Below are positions 1 through 9,249 of a stretch of DNA of 27,916 nucleotides, one piece after another. This DNA is from Anneissia japonica (Eukaryota), in NCBI RefSeq assembly GCF_011630105.1, contig NW_022715116.1:5929-33844 (forward strand), given 5' to 3'. Within the stretch, counting starts at the first letter, position 1. Every line of letters starts with the position of its first letter. The position numbers and the translations under genes were made by a program. The notes beneath the pieces were generated by a model, which was given only the letters and a program-made list of their open reading frames with translations, was not told the DNA's origin and did not search any database.

Positions 1-10
1 CTAGCTCTTT

Positions 11-44
11 AAGTGTACTGCCCAATTCTACACCAACGATGGTG
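11..44 (+). repeat. 35-bp direct repeat, copy 1 (AAGTGTACTGCCCAATTCTACACCAACGATGGTG). The second copy is at 2052-2085.
   Basis: Exact 34-35 nt identity between 11-44 and 2052-2085. Both are preceded by a short 'GCTC…TT' context. The flanks diverge after GATGGTG. Confidence 0.8.
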
Positions 45-106
45 AGATGTGTATAAGATACATGCCTATTAGTATAGGCCTAGTATTTTCTTACAGAATT
101 CATTGG

Positions 107-440
107 ATTTGTTGCAATTTAAAGCATTAACAAAAAATGTATATAGACCTCTATAAGTTTTATTTCTTTGGTTTATTGTAATTAAATTTCTCCTAATTAT
201 TTACTGAATAAACATTTGTTTGTAATTTGTATTACAACTTTGACTTTGGAGATGAATGATATTTATTTGATGTAACTTGTGTTTTGTTTGTTCTGATTCA
301 CTAATAACCCATTATCAGTTATTACATTAAATGACTTGTTGCAATTTAAAGCCCTAACAAAAAATGTATAGACCTCTATAATTTTTATTTCTTTGGTTTA
401 TGTCTATTGTAATTAAAACAAGTTCTCGTAATTACAAAAG
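107..440. repeat. Direct duplication: ~80-100 bp blocks at ~107-205 and ~335-440, period ~227 bp
   Basis: 'TTGTTGCAATTTAAAGC(A/C)(T/C)TAACAAAAAATGTATA(TA)GACCTCTATAA(G/T)TTTTATTTCTTTGGTTTAT…ATTGTAATTAAA' occurs twice with few mismatches. Confidence 0.7.
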
Positions 441-559
441 CTCCGATGAGGGCAGTATAATAGTGGCAGTAGAGTATATTAAAACATGCTTAAATCATGG
501 AGAAACATGCTTAAAGTTAATATTATTTTATTGGGTTTTCGGTACAGGTTCATAATTGC

Positions 560-665
560 CATTATTTACTACTGTACCACTAATAGGACACGTTGTGTAA
601 ATGGCACAGTCGGTTAACACTATGTTGTAAGGAACTGAAATTTGCGAGTTTGAATCGCACTTCGT
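560..665 (-). mobile_element. tRNA-like SINE copy (minus orientation)
   Basis: Its reverse complement shares '…GTTAACCGAC.G…TACACAACGTGTCCTATTAG.GGTA…CAGTA' with the copies at 883-965 and 1105-1200. It contains the T-arm-like hairpin GCGAGTTTGAATCGC. Confidence 0.45.
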
Positions 666-667
666 GG

Positions 668-686
668 TTTTTTTTTGGGGGGGGGG
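668..686. repeat. Homopolymer junction T9-G10, followed downstream by A13 (818-830) and A11 (845-855)
   Basis: Direct reading. Lies between the two head-to-head SINE-like copies. Confidence 0.9.
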
Positions 687-882
687 TTTGGTATAAATGA
701 ACATTGTAAGATATTTGAGGGCTGTTTGACAAAACAAAAATTATAAGAGCTTGTAAGATGGAAATTTTTAAATAATTAGAATGTTTGCTTGTACAAAATT
801 AAAATGTCTTAAAATTGAAAAAAAAAAAAAGGTGTTAAATTGGAAAAAAAAAAATTGAGTTCAAAGACGTGATTCGAATTCA

Positions 883-965
883 GGAGCTGTGGTTCAGTAG
901 AACATATCGTTAACCGACCGCATCATCTATACAACGTGTCCTATTAGAGGTAATGGCAGTATGTA
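883..965 (+). mobile_element. tRNA-like SINE copy (plus orientation), head-to-head with the 560-665 copy
   Basis: The tRNA D-arm-like start GGAGCTGTGGTTCAGTAGAACA is followed by the shared core GTTAACCGACCG…ACAACGTGTCCTATTAGAGGTAATGGCAGTA. Confidence 0.45.
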
Positions 966-1104
966 CTGTATAGTCCTTAGTTTTGGTGGTGCACTTCACA
1001 AAAAAAGATCTATTGATTAATTAATCTATCAATCAGCCGTATGCTTCTAGAGCTCCTCATAATAAGAAAGAATTTTTTAAATAATTAGATTATGGTTCCT
1101 TAGG

Positions 1105-1200
1105 ACCATTGCATGAATCCGTCGCATGGACACAGGTTAAACTGACCGAGCCATCCATGCGACGTGTATAGAAGTGGTAATGGCAGTAAAGTAGTCTACA
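1105..1200 (+). mobile_element. Third, more diverged copy of the same repeat core
   Basis: 'GTTAAACTGACCGAGCC…GCGACGTGTATAGAAGTGGTAATGGCAGTAAAGTAG' is alignable by eye with the other two copies. Confidence 0.35.
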
Positions 1201-2051
1201 GTCAGCCACGAAATAAGCACACGATCAGCAAAAAAGCACACAAACAGCAGGCTACTCCTAGCACTCCTTATCGGAGCTAAAAACTTGATTTTAGGTATCT
1301 TTCCCGTGTTTTATATCTTATCTTATCGTAAGTTCCATGCATTTCCAAGTGACATTTTTTCAACCATGTTATTAAGAATCATGTTTTCGCACATAAAATA
1401 TATAAATTTATCAATGTGACTTCTTTCTCGAAACGCAGGTAAAATCATCACTAGAAGAAAAATAATAAAGAAATGTGTATCATCTTATTTTGTACCTTTA
1501 AAAATGGACTTGTCCTGAATTAAGTTGTGACCCGTCAATAAATCTAGGGAGTACTGGTGACTCTAAATTGTATTGTTTATTGATTAATAAATAATTAATA
1601 AAAACTTGTTACAATATACCAACATTAAGTAGTGTAATACTGAAAATACAAGTATGATGTGAACACATAATTGGAATTTATCAGTTATCAATCTCTATTT
1701 CAAAACATATTCTGGAAAATAAAACAGAATAAAAAAAATTGAATGTTCAATATATTTGTCTTATCTTTATTACAACAATAATAAAGAAGGTAAATATATT
1801 GATGAGTACAATATTACCGGATTTGAATGCTAGGCCTAAAGTATACTGTATCCGTGTAGCACGTTTCATACATTTATTCAGGTAAAACAGGATCAACAAA
1901 CAACATTAAAACAACTGGAAACAAGAAAGGCAGAGTTTCAACAATCCACTCTGATTAATAGGATAAGCCATTGAAAGTAGCAACTACTTATTTTAGTATG
2001 CGTCCCATAAAAACGATTCACCCAGATTTTTAAAGAGCTAGGATTTTTCTT

Positions 2052-2085
2052 CAAGTGTACTGCCCAATTCTACACCAACGATGGT
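2052..2085 (+). repeat. 35-bp direct repeat, copy 2, located ~120 bp upstream of the TEP1 start codon
   Basis: Identical to 11-44. Confidence 0.8.
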
Positions 2086-2206
2086 GCTGTATTATAGTGG
2101 CTGCATGTCCTAAAGGACCCAGCCAAAATTTCCTACTATTCAATGTAAACCAGTGAGTTACATTACTTTATTATCATGTGAATTACTTATCTTTATCTTT
2201 ACTAGA

Positions 2207-3010
2207 ATGCAGAAGATGGATTCCAAAAAGAGACCAACTCCTTCATTGCGAGGCAACAGTCTTCTGACAAATCCCACAAAGCTGTCAAATCTATTGCCAG
2301 GAACCAGTGACAGAAAGAACCTTCTGCAATCAAATCTGTTTCTTGGGAAAACTTTACTCAAACCAGCTATCGGGGTGAAGAATGTTGGTAAAGAGGATGA
2401 TGTCAACAAATCAGGCAGTACTGAAGGTACCACATTAGTTAAAACTGAGGCCAACCTTGTGACCAAGTCCTTAAAACCAGGGATCAAATCAGGCAGTACA
2501 TTTGGAGCTACATCAGTTAAAACTGAGGCCAACGTCGGAAGCATAACAATCAACAAGACCCTAAAATCAAATCTTAGATCGAATCTACTTCTGTCCTCGT
2601 CTCCTCATTCATCACTTCTGTCCCCAAGGTTAACACATGGACATCGTACTGACCTAAGGAGTCGTCCTCTCACTGTCAACAGCAAGAGTGCCCTCTTTAG
2701 TTCTGTGAAACTGACCTCAATTGGATCGTCATCTCTCCTCAAATCTTCAATATCTTCTAAGTTATTAACCTCTAAAGGAAGCTTTGTTGGGAGTCTTAGT
2801 TCTTGTCTTACAAAAAGTGGTTTCAAAACAGCTGATAAAGAAAAGGTCATCATCCAGAATGAGGTGATTACCTTGGAAACAAATTTTGAGATACCAGATT
2901 ATGATTTCCATAATGATGAATTCAATATCAAGGACGATGATCAACTGTTTCCAGATTTGGAATCGCAGATCATAGAAATGACCCCAGTTGATGATGTAAT
3001 TTCATTGAAG
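2207..3010 (+). CDS. TEP1: TEP1 exon 1 (first coding exon). N-terminal low-complexity S/L/K/T-rich region with an internal 27-aa repeat. ATG at 2207; alternative in-frame ATG at 2216 has the better Kozak context.
   Basis: A 287-aa ORF ends at a GTATGA donor at 3011. Frame is continuous with the exon 2 TROVE sequence. Nucleotide repeats 2408-2470 and 2487-2545 encode KSGSTEGTTLVKTEANL / KSGSTFGATSVKTEANV. No upstream in-frame acceptor is evident, but a 5'UTR intron cannot be excluded. Confidence 0.6.
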
Positions 3011-3613
3011 GTATGAAATTTGTTTTGCTTTTTCAGTTACTCTAAATTTCTTTTAAACAAATTTCTAAAAATTGATCATCTACTGTACTGTACAAATGCC
3101 ATTGGTCTGAAGGAAATCGTTGTAGTGGCTTCCTATTGTAACTGTCATGTAGTGATTGTTAGGCAAATAGGTAAATCTTTGCAACAGGAGGGTGGAGGGA
3201 GATGAGGTTTAATAGACGATCACACATATCTCCTGTTATCTATAATTTACACTGGCTTCCCATTAACTCATGAATAAAGTATAAAATTCTTCTACTAACT
3301 ATGGTGTGTCCTTTATGTTTCCTAGACGCTCTAAATATGATATATGCTGGTTAAATTTGTTCCTTGATTAAATTAAAAGTTTCTTTGGAAGAAGGAATGA
3401 TTGTGTATTTCCTTTTTAGCAAAGGAAATTAAACTTGAATTTTGAGTTGAAATAGATAGGGCTAAAGATGAACAGGCCTTGAAAAATATGTCCATGAAAA
3501 GTATCATGATAAAATGTCTCTGCCACCAAAAGTTATCTATCCCTATAGAAATAACCCAACAAAAACAGTTCCCCTAGATCGGTGAAATACGTAATGTATC
3601 CATAACTCTATAG

Positions 3614-3660
3614 CCCCCCCCCCCACAAAAAACCCAGTTTTTTGGTGTTTTTTTTTTAAT
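3614..3660. repeat. C11 homopolymer (3614-3624) followed by a T-rich tract, intronic
   Basis: Direct reading of 'tagcccccccccccacaaaaaacccagttttttggtgttttttttt'. Confidence 0.9.
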
Positions 3661-3787
3661 GCTTCTGGTGTGTACTTTTTTCAGCCCTGGAGATCAGTGA
3701 TGCAACCAAGTTAGTAGTCCTCATAATTTTGAAGAAAATGTTGTTAAATTCCTATTTGTTAATATTAGCATTGTAATTGTTTTATAG

Positions 3788-3922
3788 ACAAATTTCATTA
3801 ACTGCGTCAGTGCATCACTAATAGGAGCTACAGATTTCCGAAATGTTTACGACAAGACACGACGCAACTTGATGGTGCTGGGAGACCGTGTCCTATCCCA
3901 GGATGCCGAGTTCATTCTCAAG
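3788..3922 (+). CDS. TEP1: TEP1 exon 2 (start of TROVE region; …DAEFILK)
   Basis: Acceptor ttttatAG at 3786-3787 and donor GTGAGT at 3923. Phase 0 to 0. Translation TNFINCVSASLIGATDFRNVYDKTRRNLMVLGDRVLSQDAEFILK matches the vertebrate TEP1 'EPEFILKASLYARQQL' context. Confidence 0.75.
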
Positions 3923-4276
3923 GTGAGTCACTGGGAAAAAAATAAACCCAAGTTTATTATTTTTGAATTACATAATTTTTTAATTTGCCACATAATATCT
4001 GACTACTAGTAAATGTAACTACTTACACTTGACATGTTTTATTCAATAAAAAATAAGTTAGAATAGAACCCTGAGTTTTAATCAAAAATTGTTTACAAAT
4101 AATTTTTTTTCCATCCAAAGTATGGTAGTCCAATTATGTTTTCCAGTTTATTATCAATCAGTTTATCGCAAAGAGGCACTGTGCAATATGCACTATAAAA
4201 ATATTATTGTTATAATTATTGATTGTTTGTTATGTACTGTGCCTAAATTTTGTATTCTAAATGTTTTATGTTAAAG

Positions 4277-4438
4277 GTTGCATTGTACTGCCGTTGCGAG
4301 TTGAACATAAGAGCAACGTCAAACTTTCTACTCGCTTTTGCTTCAAATCGTAAACCATGCAGACCTTACTTAAAGAAGTACTTCTCAGCTGCGGTCAGGC
4401 TGCCTTCTGATTGGATAGATGTTGCAGAGACATATCAA
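4277..4438 (+). CDS. TEP1: TEP1 exon 3 (TROVE)
   Basis: Acceptor ttaaAG at 4275-4276; donor CAA|GTGGGT at 4439, which is non-consensus. Translation VALYCRCELNIRATSNFLLAFASNRKPCRPYLKKYFSAAVRLPSDWIDVAETYQ closely parallels vertebrate TEP1 '…ACRPHLRRYFCAIVQLPSDWIQVAELYQ'. Confidence 0.75.
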
Positions 4439-5929
4439 GTGGGTGTTTTGCATATATTCAAATTAGATCCTCAATTTAAATTTATAGTGGCCATTACATG
4501 AATTGAAATCAATCCTATTGCTTTGGAAAATGTAAACATTCTGTCTTATGGTTGGCTGTGATGCAGTGTATTACGGTATTAATTAAGTTTGTTTTATACA
4601 AATATGTTAAAGCATGTTGTGGAGCTTACAGGTTTTAGGTTTTCATTCAAGATCTTGTGAGTTTTTTTTTGTTGTTTTTTTTGGTTTTTTTTCTATATCT
4701 TTGTAATCAGGCCTGATGTTACCATCAGTATTGATGAGAGGCGGCCACAATATATTTATTTAATTGGTAAGCCATGATATACTCGCACATAGGAATGAAA
4801 CATAGCGTGAGCAAGGCAATTCAACAAAAGGACGCACATCTCCGCTCTCGAACATAGCACGTGCATACAGTCCTTTGATCTTTACTGTGGCTTCGACAAT
4901 CCGATACTAGTTGCAAGTACAGCCGTCAATTATTAGTTTATGTGTGCCATATATTTCATGGTGTTAGTTACTATTTTATTAATTTTGGATACCTCGCAAT
5001 GTCTGTTAGTGTTACATCTGATTTCCTTTAACCACAAGCTTGTTAAATGCTTCTATAAACTACAATTTGATTCATGAAAATTCATCAACAAAATGAGAAG
5101 TTATAGAAATTGAAATTTTACGATTTTTATGAAATTTCATGTTCTTATATAACATTAAACTGTTATTTTGACAATGTTGGACTAAGGTGCACAAAACAAA
5201 AATTTGAGTAGATAAAGAAAATTTATTTATTTATTCTGCGATGGGAGTCTCATGAACCATGGGACACCACCTCATCGGTAAAATTAATGTTGAAATAACG
5301 AATATAATTTCAATCAATGTTAGTTCAAAATGTCATTAGGCCTTTGTAATCACCGCACGAGGCTCACTTATCATGGCAACTAACACTCGTGTGTCTAATT
5401 CGTCATATGCTGACGGTTAATTATGGTGTGGTTGCTATGGATTTTGTGACAATCAGCGTATAGGGGTTCGCGGCGTGCAGAATGTCGATGCCAGAGTTAT
5501 ATCCTTTGATGTTCCGAGATGTGCGTTTGTTGAATTGCCTTGGCGTGAGCCACTACACAAACCTGCTGGGATGTCAAAATCTTCGAAATCTATTTTATTG
5601 CACTAAACTAACCTTGTATATATCTGTATATCATGCTATGCTATTATTTTTCCCCATTTTCAATGTTAAAACTACAATTTTTAACAATTTACTGATGGTA
5701 AAATGCATAAAATCATAAATTTTGGAGACTGATTTCTCAAATATTGTTCTTCAAACAGCTCTATGTTTAAACTCCTGTAACTTAAAGGCCAACTCAGACA
5801 GCGTCGGCCGACGCAGCCCGACCCGTCTGGTTTGGCTTGTCTTTGCCACATATATAGTTATACAGAAATTAATAAATAATGTGGATCTTTTTTATGATGT
5901 TATTACTGTTGTATTTTTTTTTTTTGCAG

Positions 5930-6026
5930 ACATTAAATGATAAGTCTATTAATTTTGGATCACTTCCATCGGCATTAAGAAAAGTTATGATAACAAAATT
6001 TCCAGACTTTGATGAGTATCAGTTAG
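5930..6026 (+). CDS. TEP1: TEP1 exon 4 (TROVE; …KFPDFDEYQL)
   Basis: T-rich tract plus CAG acceptor at 5927-5929; donor G|GTAAGT at 6027. Translation TLNDKSINFGSLPSALRKVMITKFPDFDEYQL(G). Ends in phase 1. Confidence 0.8.
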
Positions 6027-6298
6027 GTAAGTTTATGTGTTTGTTCATTGCTTTTTTATTATGCTCTGCATCATTTTCTGACATTTAAAAAAAGATACTT
6101 GAGATAAATAGTCTTGTTTAAGTACAGAAACTTTAGCTTTAAGGTAGTCCATAAAAAGTGGAACATTCGCTTTCTCTTTGAGCTTTACTCCTTAAAGTGC
6201 CCTAAAATAAGTTACTTTTAATAAGTCATTTGTATTAGTACATACCCAATCCATGTGTACTGCTACTTGTGTCATTCTGATTACTTCTGGTTATTTAG

Positions 6299-6423
6299 CT
6301 AAATATAATAAGGACAAGAAAGGAAAGAAAGGAAAAAACAAATCTAAGAATGAGAATCCGAGGCAAAAAAGAGCTATACAAGAAGAAGTTAGAAACGAAA
6401 CAGATTCAGAAAATGATAATGAG
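6299..6423 (+). CDS. TEP1: TEP1 exon 5 (Lys-rich linker, …AKYNKDKKGKKGKNK…)
   Basis: Acceptor ttatttAG at 6297-6298 completes codon G+CT=Ala, giving 'DEYQLAKYN' across the junction as in vertebrate TEP1. Donor GAG|GTAAGT at 6424. Phase 1 to 0. Confidence 0.7.
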
Positions 6424-6595
6424 GTAAGTTGAACTTTGAGATGTAAAATTTAAGATTTGTTTATTTAGTTGATGTACATCAATAAAACTGCATAACAAAA
6501 TTAGAACATTCCAATGATGTCTTGCATCAAGAGATAAGTAATACGAATGATGTTTTTGCCCTACCTGATGTGTTATTGAAAATACTTGCGAAAAC

Positions 6596-6725
6596 ATTTT
6601 CGCAAGTGTTTCAGGTGGGAATGGAACCCACAACCTCCAGATAACTGACCTGATGTCTTAAGCACTAGACTACCGAGCTTGCATTTAGCGGAGTGTTGAG
6701 TCCGATCCCCAAGTAGCAGTGGATA
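6596..6725 (-). mobile_element. tRNA-derived SINE fragment, antisense in TEP1 intron 5
   Basis: The reverse complement of 6606-6675 reads GCAAGCTCGGTAGTCTAGTGCTTAAGACATCAGG…GGTTGTGGGTTCCATTCCCACC, with tRNA D-arm and T-arm look-alikes (GGTAGTCTAGTG…, GGGTTCCATTCCC). There is no complementary acceptor stem, so it is not a functional tRNA. Adjacent 6680-6710 carries a second T-arm-like GGGGATCGGACTCAACAC on the reverse complement. Confidence 0.5.
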
Positions 6726-6824
6726 CTGCAATTCTATTCCTAAAATTAGAACAATAATTTAGTTTTCTAAAATTTTGAAAACAACTTTGAAGCCATTGTT
6801 TTATTTTATCGATTCAATTTTCAG

Positions 6825-6955
6825 GATATTGTGAAGGATGAGACTGAGGAAACTGAAGAGGAACTTGTGAAACTGACCTTTAACCTCAAACAGCTCATAC
6901 GTAAATTACACATCAAAGAACCAGCAAACCATGTCATGGCACTGGTTGGGAAGAA
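6825..6955 (+). CDS. TEP1: TEP1 exon 6 (TROVE; …LKQLIRKLHIKEPANHVMALVGKK)
   Basis: Acceptor ttttcAG at 6823-6824; donor AA|GTAAGA at 6956. Phase 0 to 2. Confidence 0.8.
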
Positions 6956-7153
6956 GTAAGATTTTCCTAAATTTGTTTATCTATTTTGAAAAATGTATGT
7001 GAACAATATCACATTTGTTTCACAAGAAATACTCCATTTCACTATACCACTAATATATTTTGTTTTAAAAACATCATCTTTACCTTTGATTTATTAGTTA
7101 TCAACATGTTATTTACCTTTTAAACTCACTCTGGTTGGTTTTCTTCTCTTCAG

Positions 7154-7311
7154 GTATCCAGAAGACCTTGAGAGCTTCTACCAAGCCAAGTTACCTGGTG
7201 TTTGGGATGCAGAAATGGCAGGAAAACGAATGAAGCTGGCCATACCTGAAACATGGGAAACTCAAGTTTCTAAGTATGGCAACAAAGCCAGAACATGGGA
7301 ACAATTGATTG
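7154..7311 (+). CDS. TEP1: TEP1 exon 7 (TROVE; …AGKRMKLAIPETWE…WEQLI)
   Basis: Acceptor tctcttcAG at 7152-7153; donor G|GTAAGT at 7312. Translation (K)YPEDLESFYQAKLPGVWDAEMAGKRMKLAIPETWETQVSKYGNKARTWEQLI. Confidence 0.85.
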
Positions 7312-7779
7312 GTAAGTAGTAGATAATTGCATGGCTCCTGCCATTTTAATTATTTCTGAGCCAATGTTTATCCTTTTATGCCTGTTGAAAGTGTTAACAT
7401 TCTGAGCTGTACACTGTGATTGGTAGTACCAGCCTCATTCATTTAATTATAATCGGCACAATGTTAACAAACTCTATCAGTTGGAGCACCATATGAGTGC
7501 ATCGTTTTGGAAAAGATGAACAGATCTCAAGGAACGGAAGTCAGTCCGCCCCAATCACTACTGCTACTGTGTCGAATACGCTTGAACTTTAATGTTCAAG
7601 CTAGAAATCTATGAATTATTTCTCTACCCTGTATGACCTGGTCAGTATAAAGGCATTATAGAGATAATGCTGATGGTTATTTATTGCTGAGCCCATTACT
7701 GCTAATGATAGAAAAGATCCTAATAACTATTTATAATAACTATATACTATATATTATTCATAATCTTATTTTCCAACAG

Positions 7780-7980
7780 ACCACAAGAAGTTGCCATTCA
7801 TGGCTATGTTGAGGAACCTACGAAACATGATCCAATCTGGTATTTCAGAAATTCATCACAACTGGGTCATTAAAAAACTGACCAATCAGTCTGCTGTGAT
7901 TAACAGTCGTCAGTTCCCGTTTCGATTCTTCTCTGCTTATGAAGCCCTCCGTCAGCTTCAGGTTAAACTGGAGAAAACAG
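7780..7980 (+). CDS. TEP1: TEP1 exon 8 (TROVE core; LPFMAMLRNLRN … SRQFPFRFFSAYEAL)
   Basis: Acceptor tccaacAG at 7778-7779; donor G|GTGAGT at 7981. Contains the hallmark TROVE motifs shared by Ro60 and TEP1. Confidence 0.85.
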
Positions 7981-8199
7981 GTGAGTTTCCAGAGCAGGTT
8001 CCAGAAATATGGCCTTGTCTAACAAGGACATGTGCTGTAACACAAACGTATGAGTTTACGTATATTTTAACACATTGACTGTCAGACCTTTTTTTTATGG
8101 TTCTATTATTACAAGCATACATGTACAGACATACTTTTTTGAAGTTTTATCTAGTCATACATCATCAAAGTGCTGTGTCTAATAATTTGGCAGGAAAAT

Positions 8200-8400
8200 A
8201 TTAGGGGACGAGTAAACTCGTCACCGGCATTGGGACAGTAATTTTTATTGCCTCTGCCGAGTGCGAGTTTTCTCGTCTGCTTTTTGCATTTAGTTAGTAT
8301 ATGTTTAGAGGGCGCCTCAACTCGTGCAATTGAGTGTACTGCCGGCAACATAACACAACAAACATACATATGTTATTTGTACGTTATCGTCTAGGTGGAG
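8200..8400. repeat. GC-richer palindrome-bearing island in intron 8 (possible transposon-end fragment)
   Basis: Perfect palindrome GACGAGTAAACTCGTC at ~8207-8222. Further palindromic motifs GAGTTTTCTCGTC and CTCAACTCGTGCAATTGAGTG. Local GC content is clearly above the flanking intron. Confidence 0.4.
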
Positions 8401-8691
8401 CTTCCCCAAGTTATAAGCCGCTAAGTTTGTGGTTTTACTATGTATAACAATGAAGTAATAAACGCTAGAATAATACCTCGGTTGTCACAAGTATAGGCCT
8501 CCCTAGTGCCTTCAGCAATACTTTGTGGGAGGAGTATACTTGTCTCTGGCAGCAAACATGTTAAAACTGTTATTTTGTGGGACCACATTAATAATATACA
8601 AGGGGAGTGGCTTAGTGGAAAGATTATTTGTTGAAACAGCATAAATATTTTCGCTTCATGTTTATTTTGTTTTCTGTCTTTATTTGAACAG

Positions 8692-8782
8692 AGGGAGCAA
8701 TTATCAAAGCTGCTATAGAGAAAGAACGTGTGCGCTCATTGCCGCCAAATAGGAAAAGAAAGGAGAAAGCAAAGAGGCCAAA
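8692..8782 (+). CDS. TEP1: TEP1 exon 9 (basic linker …GAIIKAAIEKERVRSLPPNRKRKEKAKRPK). This is the least certain exon.
   Basis: Acceptor tttgaacAG at 8690-8691; donor AA|GTAAGA at 8783. It is phase-compatible (1 to 2) with both neighbours. The vertebrate protein is longer here, so additional small exons in 7981-9065 cannot be excluded. Confidence 0.45.
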
Positions 8783-9065
8783 GTAAGATAATTCTCCACT
8801 TTGTAATGCTACATGGCCTATTTCCTCCCGCCCTACGAGGTTTACACAATCATGGGCTGATTTTGATAAAGATCCAAGCATAGAAAAATGACCAATGTTC
8901 TGCATAGAAAACAGGATAGAACTTTAAAAAATAGAAAAACAAAATTAGAAAAAAACAAATGCTTTTCTGTAGTTTTCTACAGTAGTGGCAAACACCAACA
9001 AATAGAATATGACCATGCGCAATAATTTTGTCATTTAACCAATTATTGATAATTGTATTCAACAG

Positions 9066-9249
9066 AGAAAATGAAGAATATGATGTAGTAATTTTGGAAC
9101 GATATCGGAAAGCCCTGGATACTGCTGTGAAGATTGCCACTTGTTACAATGTGTCACCAATCCCAGGCAGAACAATGATCTTCTTAAATGTTGGGGCAAG
9201 CATGAACAAGCCCTGTACATCAGCCAGAGGGCTGGGAAAACCAAAAACA
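9066..9249 (+). CDS. TEP1: TEP1 exon 10 (vWA-like; …ERYRKALDTAVKIA…MIFLNVGASMNK…)
   Basis: Acceptor caacAG at 9064-9065; donor ACA|GTATGT at 9250. Phase 2 to 0. Parallels vertebrate 'NRYRQALETAV…GRTVLVYL'. Confidence 0.8.

Noticed and set aside
883-965. Possible functional tRNA gene (GGAGCTGTGGTTCAGTAGAACA…)
   Set aside because: It has a D-arm-like start but no recognisable anticodon or T-arm in the correct spacing, and no 3' acceptor complement. Two diverged paralogous copies lie nearby, which is typical of a SINE.
2158-2853. Two long minus-strand ORFs (2158-2556 and 2605-2853) overlapping TEP1 exon 1
   Set aside because: They lie antisense to a low-complexity, repeat-containing coding exon whose plus-strand frame is continuous with downstream TROVE exons. 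The antisense ORFs have no recognisable motifs, so they are spurious.
4250-4276. ORF-track start (MYSKCFMLK) preceding exon 3
   Set aside because: It is upstream of the acceptor AG at 4275-4276. The conserved peptide starts at VALYCRCELN, and the preceding residues have no homology and are AT-rich intron.
8151-9140. Chain of minus-strand ORFs (8151-8369, 8421-8642, 8624-8905, 8850-9140)
   Set aside because: These are short, overlapping and in different frames, with no splice-compatible structure. They sit in introns 8 and 9 of the plus-strand gene and are compositional artefacts.
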